Below are positions 31,114 through 44,357 of a DNA stretch of 64,000 nt, in pieces (position 1 is the stretch's first letter; every line of letters begins with the position of its first letter). Below the pieces are notes generated by a model. That model was not told the origin of the DNA. It made no database searches and saw only the letters and a list, made by a program, of their open reading frames with translations. Location: the NCBI GenBank assembly GCA_964016885.1, contig OZ024745.1, forward strand, positions 90,086,001 to 90,150,000. Direction: 5' to 3'. The DNA is from Eledone cirrhosa. Its lineage: Eukaryota. A program made the translations under genes and the position numbers.

Positions 31114-31560
31114 TTTCGTTTCTGAATTTGTTTAGCAAGATTCTTTATCTGAAAACGTGTGTTGAAACCGGTATTGTTATACTTTGGGAGGATCATGTTG
31201 CCAATAAGAAACACACGCACCAGTTGCTTTCACTTCAATTTATTATATATTAAATTTATAAATTTAGGAATTTGTAAATTTCCGGTTGGTTGGTTGGTTC
31301 CACAACCAGACGATTGTTCATATATTGTCAAAGTTCTTTCGTCACACATTCTGTGACCTCTTCAGTGACTGGGGATTATTTTCTTTGTTTTTGTGCCTCT
31401 CCTTTGTTCTGTCCTACGCCATCTTGTTTTTGTGTGTGTTGTGTGCTTAATTTGCGCATGTGTTACATCCGGGTGTCTGTGTATGTTTATATTTGTTTAT
31501 TTATTTGTTTATTTACATGTTACTGGTTGGTTGTTCGTTCTATGTGTGTGTGTGTTATAT
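31114..31560 (-). mobile_element. Inverted homolog of the 29073-29422 element
   Basis: Sequence match; the ORF track shows near-identical peptides at 29078-29377(-) and 31159-31356(+). Confidence 0.8.
31327..31369 (-). ncRNA. Minimal hammerhead ribozyme (GAAC class)
   Basis: Reverse complement: GTCA-CTGAAGA-G-GTCACA GAATG TGTGAC-GAAA-GAAC-TT-TGAC. Confidence 0.75.
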
Positions 31561-31582
31561 ATATTATATTATATATAAATAC

Positions 31583-31636
<54 letters not shown>

Positions 31637-31659
31637 TTATATATAATATAATATATATA

Positions 31660-31761
<102 letters not shown>

Positions 31762-32018
31762 TAAAGATGCCGATGTTACATAAATCGTTTATTCATTATA
31801 ATTATTTCAACGGTTCTCCCATGCAATCAAGTTGTAATTCATGCATTTGTTGTTATTATAGGGAAGGTATCCTGAGATGAAATTCGATTTTGTGATATGT
31901 CTCCGGCAGGAAAAAAACAGGTCCTTTTTCCCGTGCGTCCATCCAGCAGACATATGAGTTCCTGAAGGGTCTCCCAGCCAACGAGTTTACTGGAGTAAAG
32001 TGCTATCCACGTGTCAAT

Positions 32019-32077
<59 letters not shown>

Positions 32078-32224
32078 TATTTTCCGTTGTGTTGTAATAT
32101 AAATATTACACACACTAGATTATCAGCTCACGTAGAGTTTGCTCGACGGTTCCAGTTGTAGTTCCAAAAGTAATCCGGAGAAAAGTAGAAAGATTTGAAT
32201 GGATACAGTTTAGTTGAAAGGAAT

Positions 32225-32429
32225 TTATTGACATGTGTTTCTATGGGAAAAATTAGCTAAAACCCAAAGCTTTTCCAGGAGCCAAAATTTCTGCAAATTG
32301 TGTAATCTTGAGATTTATTACATAATCACACACAAGAAGAAACTGCTGAATAACAGAATTGAACGAACATTATTCTGCCGTCACAGAACTAAAACCCTTT
32401 TTTCCCACTACAAGCCGAATATTACATAA
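32225..32429 (+). pseudogene. Penelope-like GIY-YIG C-terminal fragment
   Basis: WEKLAK...CKLCNLEIYYI...LLNNRIE...CRHR. Confidence 0.8.
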
Positions 32430-32696
32430 AAGAGGGACATCCCCCAACTATATAAACCTTAATCTAGTTAGAAAAATATAAAAACAATCTCTTCTCAACA
32501 TATATTAATAACCTTAAATTACCACACTAATAATGGAAAGATATGCTGATGAGAATAGGTACAAATATGCGATAATGAATGTGTCTAAAAACGTCCATAA
32601 GTATGTATATATATGTGAAAATGTATATAAATAAGTAAATATATATATATGTTTGATGTGTATAGTTAGATGTAAGTGTATTCATGTATTAAAGTG

Positions 32697-32773
<77 letters not shown>

Positions 32774-33492
32774 GTATGTATATATGTGTATATGGATGTG
32801 TATGTATGTGTATGTGTGTACACATGGACTAGAGTATGTATGTATATATGTGTGTGTCTATACGTGTGTATATAAAGATAAGTTGAGTATGAAAATGTAT
32901 ACACATGAGCGCGTATGTATGTACATGAATACATGTGTGTATATATATGTGTATGCATGTGTGTATATATATGTAAGTATGAATATGTGAATTGTGAGTA
33001 TATGTATTTTGTAGAGGTGTGCAAATATATTTGTGTGTGAATGCGTGGGTGAAAGGATACGTACACTTGAAAGAAAAATTTAAGTCTGAATGTTAATTAA
33101 GTGCAAACACAAAACCAACCACGCATATCTTTACTATCTCTAATCCTTCTATAGATTTAGAAAAATAACCAATAATATATTCTATAAAAAATGTCAAAAC
33201 AACAGATGGGAATCTAATTACTCACTGCCACCAAGAATTCTCACTGCTATCGAAAAACCACTCCTTCAACTATTCTTCTAACAACTTCACCCCTCCCTCC
33301 TAATATTCTCTATAAAAACTAAATAGGTCCTCAGTAATATTATTCTGATGAAATGACAGTAAATAATAACATTGAAATATTGAATGTCTGCATAACTAAA
33401 AGTTTGTAGATAGCAGCTGTTTTAGGTTATGTAACTGTTATAGAAACACGTGTCAATAAATTCCTTTCAACTAAACTGTATCCATTCAAATC

Positions 33493-33524
<32 letters not shown>

Positions 33525-33644
33525 TGTGTATGTGTGTGTGCGTCTCTGCGTGTAGAGGGACGTAACTCTATGGCGCGAAGCATGTTGTCTGAGGCTCTAC
33601 CGATACTGCCAACACACTGGCCTTTATTATATAATAGTTTATTA

Positions 33645-33810
33645 TATAGGCACAGGCCAGCAATTTTGGAGGAGGGGAAAGTCGATTAAATCGACCCCAG
33701 GACGTGACAAGTACTTTGTTTTATCGACCCCGTAAGGATGAAAGGCAAAGTTAACCTCAGCGGGATTTGAACTCAGATGATAAAGGGCCGTAACCATGCT
33801 GCCAACAGAC
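33645..33810 (-). mobile_element. SINE family A
   Basis: Same body and B-box (GGGATTTGAACTC). Confidence 0.8.
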
Positions 33811-34163
33811 TGGCCTTTATTATAGTAATAAGATATATTATATATAAGAATAGAAGGTAAATATTGCTTTCTTAAAATGATGAACAGTCTTACATTATGT
33901 ACAACATATGAATATTAGAACTGGTGCAAACGTACGAAGGAAAAATCAGTTGCTTTGTAGTAAATAGAGCGCTATTGATTTTCTAGTATCAAATCCTACC
34001 ACAGCTAAAGGTTTTTAGTATTTATCTCTCGTGAGATAAAGTAGTAAGTTCTAGAACTATAAGTAACATACTAGATCCAGTACTTATCAAGTATAATCTT
34101 ATCGGTCATAATCCCCAGTAAAATTGTTCACTCATCTGTCGAAGAATATATATATATATATAT

Positions 34164-34494
34164 ATCAGACAAAATATAAGATTTGATATGTGACATACTG
34201 CTACGGTTTTGATTATTTGATTATTCAATATATATATATATTGAATAATCAAATAATCAAAACCGTAGCGGTATGTCACATATCAAATCTTATATTTTGT
34301 CTGATGAAAACGTACTTAAACACCATTGTACCTTTGAAATATGTATAATAAAATATATATTTTGATTATGAGAATATCTTTCATTTATTAACATTTTGAA
34401 TAATATTAAATACTCCAGGAAAAACTGTCGAGTGCTTCTAATCTATTGTAAAATTATATTCGTTGAATAATCAACGAACCATATTAATCTTTGG

Positions 34495-34495
<1 letters not shown>
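34164..34495 (+). mobile_element. PLE-related pLTR with a 142-bp palindrome and a hammerhead
   Basis: 34164-34305 is a palindrome with one mismatch, centred on (TA)n. The downstream part is homologous to ~30690-30835. Confidence 0.75.
34291..34357 (+). ncRNA. Minimal hammerhead ribozyme
   Basis: TATATTTTGT-CTGATGA-AAA C GTAC...GTAC C TTT-GAAA-TATGTA-TA-ATAAAATATA. Confidence 0.85.
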
Positions 34496-34527
<32 letters not shown>

Positions 34528-34530
<3 letters not shown>

Positions 34531-34852
34531 AAGGGTCATATTGTTGTAATAATATTGCCAGAGTTAATAACAGAACACTCACTGTTTGGTTGGTTTTCGC
34601 TTCTGTATCTTTTATATCAGTTAATTTATTCGGTCCTCAATGTTTACCATTGACTAACCAACGGTCAAATATACAGATATAGTATAGACACAAACACATA
34701 TATATATATAGTCTAACAAAGTTCTTTCGTTGCACATCTGCAACATCGTCAGTGGTGCTATTATGTTTCCTCCTCTTGTATTGTATGTCTACGCCATCTT
34801 TATTTAATCTGTTTATTTATTTATTTATTTATAAATAAACAGATTAAATAAA
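34528..34852 (-). mobile_element. Single-arm relative of the 21518-22392 fold-back, with intact hammerhead core at 34715-34756
   Basis: Collinear with 21532-21850. Reverse-complement core CTGACGA-T-GTTGCA GATG TGCAAC-GAAA-GAAC-TT; stem I is weak. Confidence 0.75.
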
Positions 34853-35076
34853 TATGAATTGTTACTGGAATTCTATAAGAATCCAACACAGAAACGGGGA
34901 GAGTAGTGAGTTTTGATAAGTACCAAATAGTACGAAACAGCGCTGTCAACTTATCTCCCCATGTCTGCCGAAAATTTAAGTAAGCGACAATGTCACTACT
35001 TTAAAACTATAGCGTATGGTCTTTAAAATGTATTTAATTAAGCATACAGTGCATTGCAAAATACACTATATATACA

Positions 35077-35148
<72 letters not shown>

Positions 35149-35333
35149 ATAAGAAACGGAGAATCAGTGTAGCGACGAATAAGATTTATTAGACATATTA
35201 CAATCGTTTCTCTGGCGAGCAGCTCGAGGCACAATCGATGTAATGATCAAACCTGACTCTGAATATAGTTGTTGTATGGTTGCAATAAATGCGTCCGTAT
35301 GCGGTATGCCGTTTGAGCAGAGCAGAGTATATT

Positions 35334-35570
35334 ATTATAGATAACGAGGAGTCAGTGATGCATCAAAACACAATTTATTAACATATTACATATGTTTCTC
35401 CGACGATCAGCTCATTTCATCCGAATCGGATGAAATGCTTTGAAAGCGCAAAACATATCTAAGGACCTTGCGAATGCAGAGTCAGGTTCAATCTGATCTT
35501 CGGAGAAACGTATGTAATATGTTAATAAATTGTGTTTTGATGCACCACTGATTCCTCGTTATCTATAATA
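35334..35570. repeat. Fold-back with ~77-bp inverted arms
   Basis: 35334-35410 versus 35493-35570; a diverged related copy lies at 35155-35225. Confidence 0.8.
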
Positions 35571-35631
35571 TGTGGTGGGTGCTATTAAGTTAGACATCGC
35601 CTGGGCCAATACTGGCCAAAACCTATCAAAG

Positions 35632-35666
<35 letters not shown>

Positions 35667-35667
<1 letters not shown>

Positions 35668-36344
35668 CGAAGGAAATGTGGTAAGGAACCAGGTGGACCA
35701 TAACGCACCAAAGTACTCAATACTTAGGGTAGTAGACTGGGTAATAGGGACCAATAAGACCCCGACGGCTGAGCTCAAGCCGTTTCGACGGCTAATTCTG
35801 GACTAAATGATAATTTATCCTGGTATTTAAATAGCCGAGCTTCTCAAGGGGTAATTCCATATATGGTCAAAGTGATTGTCACAAGGATTGGTCACAAGTT
35901 AGTAGTAATTCTGTGATGGCAAATTAGTAGAAATTGCTTATTTTTTTCTTTACATTTATTCGCTTTTTATCACTCTCAGTATTTTTTTTTCACATATTTC
36001 TACCCTTAATTGTTCTACTTACCGTTTCGACTTCCTCCCCCTCCCCATCCCTAGTTCTTCTTTGAACTCACGCCCAGCTGTAGCCGGCACTACCAACGCA
36101 TGAATGGGTGTACTCCACCCCTCCCCTTTTTCTCCTGCTGGCAGGTTTAGCTACCCCTTCCCCCACTAATTTGCCATCACAGAATTACTACTAACTTGTG
36201 ACCAATCCTTGTGACAATCATTTTGACCATATATGGAATTACCCCTTGAGAAGCTTGGCTATTTAAATACCAGGATAAATTTTCATTTAGTCCAGAATTA
36301 GCCGTCGAAACGGCTTAAGCTCAGCCGTCGGGGTCCTACTGGTT

Positions 36345-36346
<2 letters not shown>
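35667..36346. mobile_element. (TA)n-flanked fold-back element with ~180-bp inverted arms
   Basis: ~35746-35928 versus ~36165-36346, few mismatches. Confidence 0.85.
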
Positions 36347-36391
<45 letters not shown>

Positions 36392-36569
36392 CAAAGGGGT
36401 GTGGTAAGATGCCAGATAGATCATATCGCACCAGAGTACTCAATACTTATGGTAGTATAGTGGGTAATAGTAAAAGAATCAGGATCCCGACAACCGGAGC
36501 TCACTGTCGGGGTCCTGAGTCTTTTCGTATATATATAGAGTGAAAAAGTGAGAACATTTGCTATCTTAC

Positions 36570-36772
36570 CTTAACCTTCTTGTAGTAATCGATAAAAGAA
36601 AATGGCAGTGATATATTCAGAGGAGAGGATTTGTATGGACTAGCTGATCTTTTCCGTGACTCAAAAGCAATCATCATATCCATCCATCCTACTGGACGCT
36701 CCAGCTTGAATTGTTCAATAAACCTCTTACCGAACAAATTACAAAGCAGATTTACAAATTCCATGTCGATTC
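36570..36772 (-). CDS. HSPA12: Internal exon of heat shock 70 kDa protein 12A/B-like gene
   Basis: (G)IDMEFVNLLCNLFGKRFIEQFKLERPVGWMDMMIAFESRKRSASPYKSSPLNISLPFSFIDYYKKVK closely resembles HSPA12 (FIEQFK..RP..W.D.MIAFESRKR...PLNI.LPFSFIDYYKK). Polypyrimidine-AG acceptor at 36774-36773 and GTAAG donor at 36569. Confidence 0.93.
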
Positions 36773-36994
36773 CTAAAAGAGTAAAAGAAAAAAATTAGGA
36801 ATTAGTTACAACATACTTTAATCTTGCCAATGAATATCAATTGTGGCATCATAGGTACGAAGTCATGAGGACAATGTTTGGTTTCTCAGTTGTAAGACAT
36901 TACACTCTTCACATCATTAATGTTATTGGATGTATCCATAAACGTTACATCAATTTATTTCTATTCTTTTGTAAATGTATTATTTAGTAGTATG

Positions 36995-37200
36995 AGGACG
37001 GTGATTTGCCAGTAACTGGTAGAGCGTCGCACACTCTGCTTCGTGGCATAGAATGACGGCCATTTGTGTTGTGAGTTCAAATACCGCCGAGGTTAGCTTT
37101 GCCTTTCATTCTTACGTGGTCGATAAAATAAAGTACCAGTAACGCACTGGGGTTGATTCAATCGACTTTCCCCTTCCCTTCAAATTGCTGGCCTTGTGCG
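36995..37200 (+). mobile_element. SINE family A
   Basis: GAGTTCAAATACC B-box plus family body. Confidence 0.8.
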
Positions 37201-37699
37201 TATTGATCATGTTTCCTAGGTAACAGAATTTAGTAGAAATCATTATTTGGTAGTATGTAATAAGAAGTCACTATTATCTGAAACGATTACGTGTGAGCTC
37301 ATATGGCCATGTGTGCGTATGTGGATTTGACATAGTGCGTGTGCTGTTGAGTTGATCCATGTATGCAGCTAAGTTGATCCATGTGTGCAGTTGAATTGAT
37401 CCACGTATACTTGAGAAAGTTGAAATTTGTTTTTGTCAGCTGAGTTTATGTATATTTAATATTTTGTGAATAGAAAGTCTGCTCATGAAATTAACGCGTA
37501 AGTGACTGAGCATTCCACTGACATTCCTAAAGGAAGATTCAGGAAGATTCAGAGTGTCATAGAGTGTGACAAAGATGCCTTTTTAAATTATAAGCAGAGT
37601 CCATCTAACGAGTGATATCGAACCAGGACTTAATGCTTTTGAAGCAAACTTCTTAAACATTTGGTTATGCTGCATAGGTTTGCTTTATTGGGGCAGCCT

Positions 37700-38035
37700 A
37701 ATAATGTTTTCTAGTATAGGCACAAGGCCAGTCATTTGGGAGGAGGGGAAAGTCGATTAAATCTACCCCAGTACGTTACTGGTGCTTTATTTTATCGACC
37801 CCGTAAGGATGAAAGGCAAAGTTAACCTCGGCGGGATTTAAACTCAGGCGGGATTTCAAGCATGGCGTCCGATTCTCTACCGTTACTGCCAATCTACCGC
37901 CCTTGGGACATCCTAATAATTGTTTCTACTTTTGGCACAAGGTAAGCAATTACCCAGTGTATTACTGGTACTTTATTTTATCGACCCCATAAGGATGAAA
38001 GGCAAAGTTAACCTCGGCGGGATTTGAACTCAAAT
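37700..38035 (-). mobile_element. Two tandem SINE family A copies
   Basis: Family body at ~37710-37900 and ~37920-38035. Confidence 0.8.
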
Positions 38036-38492
38036 GAAATAATTATTGTCAAAGCTCTTTCACATTCTATGACCTCCTTAGTGACTAAATAGTTATTGTG
38101 TGTCTCTCCTTTGTTCTATCCTACACCATCATATATTACTCACTGAAGAGTTCACAGAAAAAAATATTAATTTTAATAAATCCCTCCAAATTCTACATTA
38201 CTTGATTTCAATACAGTATATCTCAGTAGGAAAGTTATAATGAAAGAGTTAAGTGATAATTAACGAAAGGGTTAAATGTTAAAATCCTGGCGAGTGTCTC
38301 AGTAGACAAAATTATATAAAGATTTCTTGGAGGGTGAATAAATTTAATTGCTGTGCAGAGAAGAAACTTATCATGGCTAATAAGTTTATTTGACAGAAAT
38401 GTGGCTTGGAACACTATCAAATATGTCAACTTATAAACGCTCAAATCCTCCAGGAAAATCAGATTCTTAAGTCAAGTACTTTTCTTTAGAAT

Positions 38493-40000
38493 AGTGTGTA
38501 TGTGTGTGTGTGTGAGTGTGAGGGTATGTGTGTGAGTGATGGTGTGGGTGTGAGTGTGAGGGTATGTGTGTGTGTGATGGTGTGGGTGTGAGTGTGAGGG
38601 TATGTGTGTGTGTGTGTGATCGTGTAAGTGTGAGTGTATGTATGTGTGTGTGATGGTGTATGTGTGAGTGTGAGGGTATGTGTGTGTGTGTGATGGTGTG
38701 TGTGTGTGTGTGAGGGTATGTGTGTGTGTGATGGTGTGAGTGTGAGTGTATGTATGTGTGTGTGTGAGGGTATGGGTGTGTGTGATGGTGTGTGTGTGAG
38801 TGTGAGGGTATGTGTGAGAGTGATGGTGTGTGTGTGAGTGTGAGGGTATGTGTGTGTGTGATCGTGTGAGTGTGAGAGTATGTATGTGTGTGATGGTGTG
38901 TGTGTGAGTGTGAGGGCATGTGTGTGTGTTATGGTGTGTGTGTGAGTGTGAGGGTATGTGTGTGATGGTGTGTGTGTGAGTGTAAGGGTATGTGTGTGAG
39001 TGATGGTGTGTGTGTGAGTGTGAGGGTATGTGTGTGTGTGATCGTGTGAGTGTGAGAGTATGTATGTGTGTCTGATGGTGTGTGTGTGTGAGTGTGAGGG
39101 TATGTGTGTGTGTGATGGTGTGTGTGTGAGTGTGAGGGTATGTGTGTGTGTGATGGTGTGTGAGTGTATGTGTGTGAGTGAGGGTGTATGTGTGAGTGTG
39201 AGGGTATGTGTGTGTGTGTGATGGTGTGTGTGTGAGTGTAAGGGTATGTGTGTGATGGTGTGAGTGTGAGTGTATGTATGTGAGTGTGAGGGTATGTGTG
39301 TGTGTGTGATGGCGTGTGTGTGAGTGTGAGGGTATGTGTGTGTGTGAGTGTGAGTGTATGTATGTGTGTGTGATGGTGTGTGTGTGAGTGTGAGGGTATG
39401 TGTGTGTGTGATGGTGTGTGAGTGTGAGGGTATGTGTGTGTGTCATCACGTGAGTGTGAGAGTATGTATGTGTGTGTGATGGTGTGTGTGTGAGTGTGAG
39501 GGTATGTGTGTGTGATGGGGTGTGTGTGTGATGGTGTGTGTGTGAGTGTGTGTGTGATGGTGAGTGTGTATGAGAGTGTGTGTGATGGTGAGTGTGTGTG
39601 AGTGTGTGTGTGATGGTGAGTGTGTGTGTGTGATGGTGAGGGTGTGTTGTGTGAGTGTATGTGATGGTGTGTGGGTGTGTGAGTGTATGTGATGGTGAGT
39701 GTGTGTGAGTGTGTGTGATGGTGAGGGTGTGTTGTGTCAGTTCGTGTGATGGTGTGTGTGTGTATGAGCGTGTGTGTGAGTGTGTGTTCGATAGTGTGAA
39801 TGTGTGATGGTGTGTGTGTGTGATGGTGTGTATATGAGTGTGTGATGGTGTGTATTTGTATGATAGTGTGTGTGTACGATGGTGCGAGTGTGTTTGTGTG
39901 TGTGATGGTGATTATGTGTGTGAGTGTGTGATGATATGTGAGAGATGGTGTATGTGTGTGAGTATGTGTGAGATAGTGACGCTGTGTGTGTGAGATGGTG
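38493..40000. repeat. GT-rich degenerate minisatellite
   Basis: Recurring TGATGG(TG)nAGTGTGAGGGTATG(TG)n units. Confidence 0.92.
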
Positions 40001-40349
40001 ATCGAGGCGGCGGATGGGAGGTTTTGGGAGTAACATTTCCTTTTTTTATTCTTTGGTTTTGATAGTTTTATTCATTCATAAGCAGGTATGAAAACTATAA
40101 ATTGTAAAAGAGAGACTACTAGAAATAGTAAAAAGAAAAACAACATATCTACATAATAGCAAAAGGAATTAACTATTGGGAATTTCAATGCAAAATGATC
40201 GACATTAAAGCTGACACAGGTCGGTTCGATTCTCATACCAAACTGTCGAAAAACCACCAACACCACCATCACCACCACCAGCTCTACCCGAGCCTAATTT
40301 GAAATCAGGCTCGGGTAAAATCGTATGGGGGTAAGATTATCATTATATC

Positions 40350-41022
40350 TTGGATTGGCAGTATCAGTAGAGGATCAGACGCCATGCTTTGCAGCATAGA
40401 GTTACGCCCCTTTATGGTCTGAGTTCAAATGCCGCCAAGGTTAACGTTGCCTTTCATCCTTGCGGAGTCGATAAAATAAAGTACCAGTAATGCACTGGGA
40501 TTATTGCTGGCCTTGTGCCAAAAGTAGAAACAACTATATCTATTTATTTATATAATAGTTCTTCTTAAACTTGAAGATTTTATATGTATTTGATATCGAT
40601 TTCTGATGTAGCAAAAGGCCAACATTTTCTTTTTTTTTTGTGGGAAGGGAGAAGTCGATTAAATCGACGCCAGTACGTTACTGGTGTTTTATTTTATCAA
40701 CGCCGTAAGGATGAAAGGCAAAGCTAAAAATAGCAGCCAAATCTTCAACAAATCATACCATGGATCGGGAAGTATTTAAAACAGGGTTAGATTTAAAGCA
40801 TATGAGATGTGAATGCCATTATAATTGTTTCTGCATTTGGTACAATGCTAGCAATTTTATGGGAAAGGGAAAGTTGATTAAATCTACACCAGTATGTTAC
40901 TGGTACTTTATTTCATCGATCTCGTAAGGATGAAAAGCAAAGCTAACCACAGCGGGATTTGAACTCAGTAATAAAGGGACATACTCTATGCCACGAAACA
41001 GGGTGTCCGACACTCTACCGAT
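40350..41022. mobile_element. Cluster of SINE family A copies (+ 40350-40535; - 40610-40725; - 40825-41022)
   Basis: Family body and B-box motifs in both orientations. Confidence 0.8.
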
Positions 41023-41163
41023 ATATGTTCATTTAATACGAATATCAAGTCAGTTGAGTCTAATTTCTTTCTAAAGGGATTCCTTCATCTCAGTCAATTA
41101 ACATTACTTAAACAGTAAACAGAAACGTATCACAAAACTTCAAAATCACGATTAAAAAGGAGA

Positions 41164-41342
41164 TACAGTGAAATTCCGCTATAACGAAATTCAAGGGGTA
41201 TAAAAAAATATTCGATAAACGAAAAATTCTTTATAACGAGATCGATCTAACACGTCAACCGTGTCGCGGTGGATTAAAAAATATTTCGTTATACTGAAAA
41301 CTTCATTATAATGGTATTTGTTATAACGGAATTTTACCTGTA
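41164..41342. mobile_element. Tigger/pogo-like MITE
   Basis: TA-CAGTGAAATTCCGCTATAACGAA ... TTTGTTATAACGGAATTTTACCTG-TA imperfect TIRs. Confidence 0.7.
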
Positions 41343-41908
41343 CTAGTTTACGTAGCTGAATGAGTGTGCAGGTATACGTGAATATAACTAAAGACCAGAT
41401 CATCGCAAGAAATATATTCTTCTTCTTCTTCTTCTTCTTTCTCTCTTGCCTCCTCATACTCACTCTCTCAGTCTCACTCTCTCTTTCTTGACTCCTCTCA
41501 CTCTCTTTCTCATTTGCCTCCTCTCACTCTCTCTCTCTCTCTCTTGTCTCCTCTCACTCTCTCTTTCTTCCCTCCTCTCACTCACTCTCTCTCTTCCTCA
41601 CTCTCTCTCTCTTTCTCGCTCGCTATTTACATTTACTAAGCGTGGGTGTTTATACTAAACTATTGCGAAGGAACACCGGAAATGTAAGAAGGAAGTGTGA
41701 ATCAGATTTACCCAAATAAACAATTTCAATACAGTTTCCTACCACACAGCTTCCGCATCATATATCAGAAGAGATGATGCTGGTTTACTGACGCTACATT
41801 TCCAATCAAGAGGCTCTTATGAGGGCAACCTTCCAAATAAGTTGTTACATGGCTGAGTGTCATTGAGAGAGAGATACAGAGAGAGATATACATATATATG
41901 TATGTATA

Positions 41909-41985
<77 letters not shown>

Positions 41986-42030
41986 CTATATATGAATATG
42001 TATGTATGTATATATATATATATACATATT

Positions 42031-42124
<94 letters not shown>

Positions 42125-42199
42125 ATCAAGGTTTAGCAAATAAGAAAAAGTTTCAAAATAAATTTTAAAAAATTAACTTTACTTACTATGTAATAAAGG

Positions 42200-42244
<45 letters not shown>

Positions 42245-42245
<1 letters not shown>

Positions 42246-42406
42246 TAGTTATGTAATAAACAACATAAGATAAGTATTTCATTTACCAGTGGTTTCTTGA
42301 AAGCAGATATTATATCTGTGTTCAGTCGTCACCAGGTATAATATCTACCTTCAAGAAACCACTGGTAAATGAAATAATTACCTTATGTTGTTTATTACAT
42401 AACTAA
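42245..42406. repeat. ~160-bp hairpin next to (TA)n
   Basis: TTAGTTATGTAATAAACAACATAAG...GGTTTCTTGAA versus TTCAAGAAACC...CTTATGTTGTTTATTACATAACTAA. Confidence 0.85.
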
Positions 42407-43189
42407 TAAGCTCTGTAGCCTACATAAAGCACTCTTTTTTCCTGTACCTTTCCGACGGAATTACTTCATACATATATATATATATATATATTAGAATTGG
42501 TGCTCTGAAATAGCGATGTATATATGAATGTATATATAGTGTATTTGGCAATACACTGTATGCTTAATTAAAGGCATTTTGAAGACCTTACGCTATTGTT
42601 TTAAAGTAGTGACTATGTCACTTACTTCTGTTTTTCAACAAACAAAGGGAGATAAGCTGGCAGATCTCTGTTTCATACTGTTGGTATTCCTCAGAGCTTA
42701 GCACGAGGAGTGTTAAGATTTAACAGGTCATGTATCCAACGAAAGGCGTAAATTAAAACTACAGATATATCATTTCCAGAGAGAGCGTCTTAAATGGACG
42801 AGACAAGGCAAATCCACTTACTGTATCGAAAGGAAAGGTGAATCTATTCAAATATACACATATATGCATACAAACATGCACAAACGTGTACATACAAGAT
42901 AAAATACATACATACACATACACGTACTTACACACGCACACACACACACAAGCACAAACACACACATACATTTGTGTGGGTATATACATATATACATATA
43001 TACACACACACGCACACATAACCGATCTGTCCATAGTTAAGCTTCGGGCCTCTTTATGAGAAGCGAAATAGTTTTGCCTTCCCATTAGTGTCTTATCAGA
43101 CGAGTTTCTATACATATATATGTGTGTGTATGTGTGTGTGTGTGTGTTTGTGTATGTGCTTGTGTATGTCCACATATACACACACACAC

Positions 43190-43285
<96 letters not shown>

Positions 43286-43541
43286 CATATTAGGCATATA
43301 GCTATAATGTATATATAGCTAAGCGTAATAATCCTACTAGGTAGATAGATAGTTAGATAGTAGGAGGACCCCGTTACCAGAGGTTCTCTACAACATATAA
43401 GCGGAAATAAGCAGGATATAGCTCACATATAAATACTAATGTTTATGGACATGTAGATATGGTTAATATAAGCTAAAAATGAAAACACTTATTTCAATTA
43501 TATGTGCCTATATATCTATGTTAAGCTATATGTGTATGCAT

Positions 43542-43576
<35 letters not shown>

Positions 43577-43702
43577 GATGTGTGTGTGTGATTCCAGTTC
43601 CTCAGTGAAATAACAACCCAACCAAGAACTGGGCATATCAGAGTATTGACAATATTATACACCTCAACAACATATGTACTTGTCTATACCACACTAATTC
43701 AA

Positions 43703-43757
43703 ACTGCCTGAAGAGGTCACAGCCAAAGATGGCTGTCACTGAAATATATATAGCAGT
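43703..43757 (+). ncRNA. Minimal hammerhead ribozyme
   Basis: ACTGC-CTGAAGA-GGT C ACAGCCA AAGA TGGCTGT C ACT-GAAA-TATATA-TA-GCAGT: perfect stem I and intact core. Confidence 0.88.
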
Positions 43758-43823
43758 AATAAACGAAGCTAAATTTTAATCATTTGACTTTTTATTTAAC
43801 TTTATTTTATATATATATATATA

Positions 43824-43913
<90 letters not shown>

Positions 43914-44314
43914 TGTGTGTGTGTGTGTTAAGCTACATGTGTATATATAATATATTTATATACACACACACACATATATATATGTTTGTGTTAAGCTGCA
44001 TATACACTGCCATTTGTGACAATTTATATATATATATATATATACATACATGCATATATTCACACATGCATATATATATGTGTGTGTGTATGTGTGTGTG
44101 TGTGCGTGTGTGTGCGTGTGTGTGTGTGTATCTGTCTGTGAGTGTATGTATAATACTCATATACATCCACATAAAGATATATTTTCAGAAGCACATTGAT
44201 GCTATGAAGTAATTATGTATATATGCATACGTGTGTGTGTGTGTATGTGTGTGTGTGTATGTATATATATATATATGTGTGTGTGTGCATGCGTATATAT
44301 ATAGATATATTTGT

Positions 44315-44357
<43 letters not shown>

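Noticed and set aside
32540-33395. Hammerhead candidates at ~32546 (CTGATGAG) and ~33345 (CTGATGA AATG...CATT GAAA)
   Set aside because: The first lacks GAAA and stem II; the second lacks a convincing stem I. At best decayed relics.
38467-40036. His/Thr ORFs
   Set aside because: Translation of the second GT-rich minisatellite.
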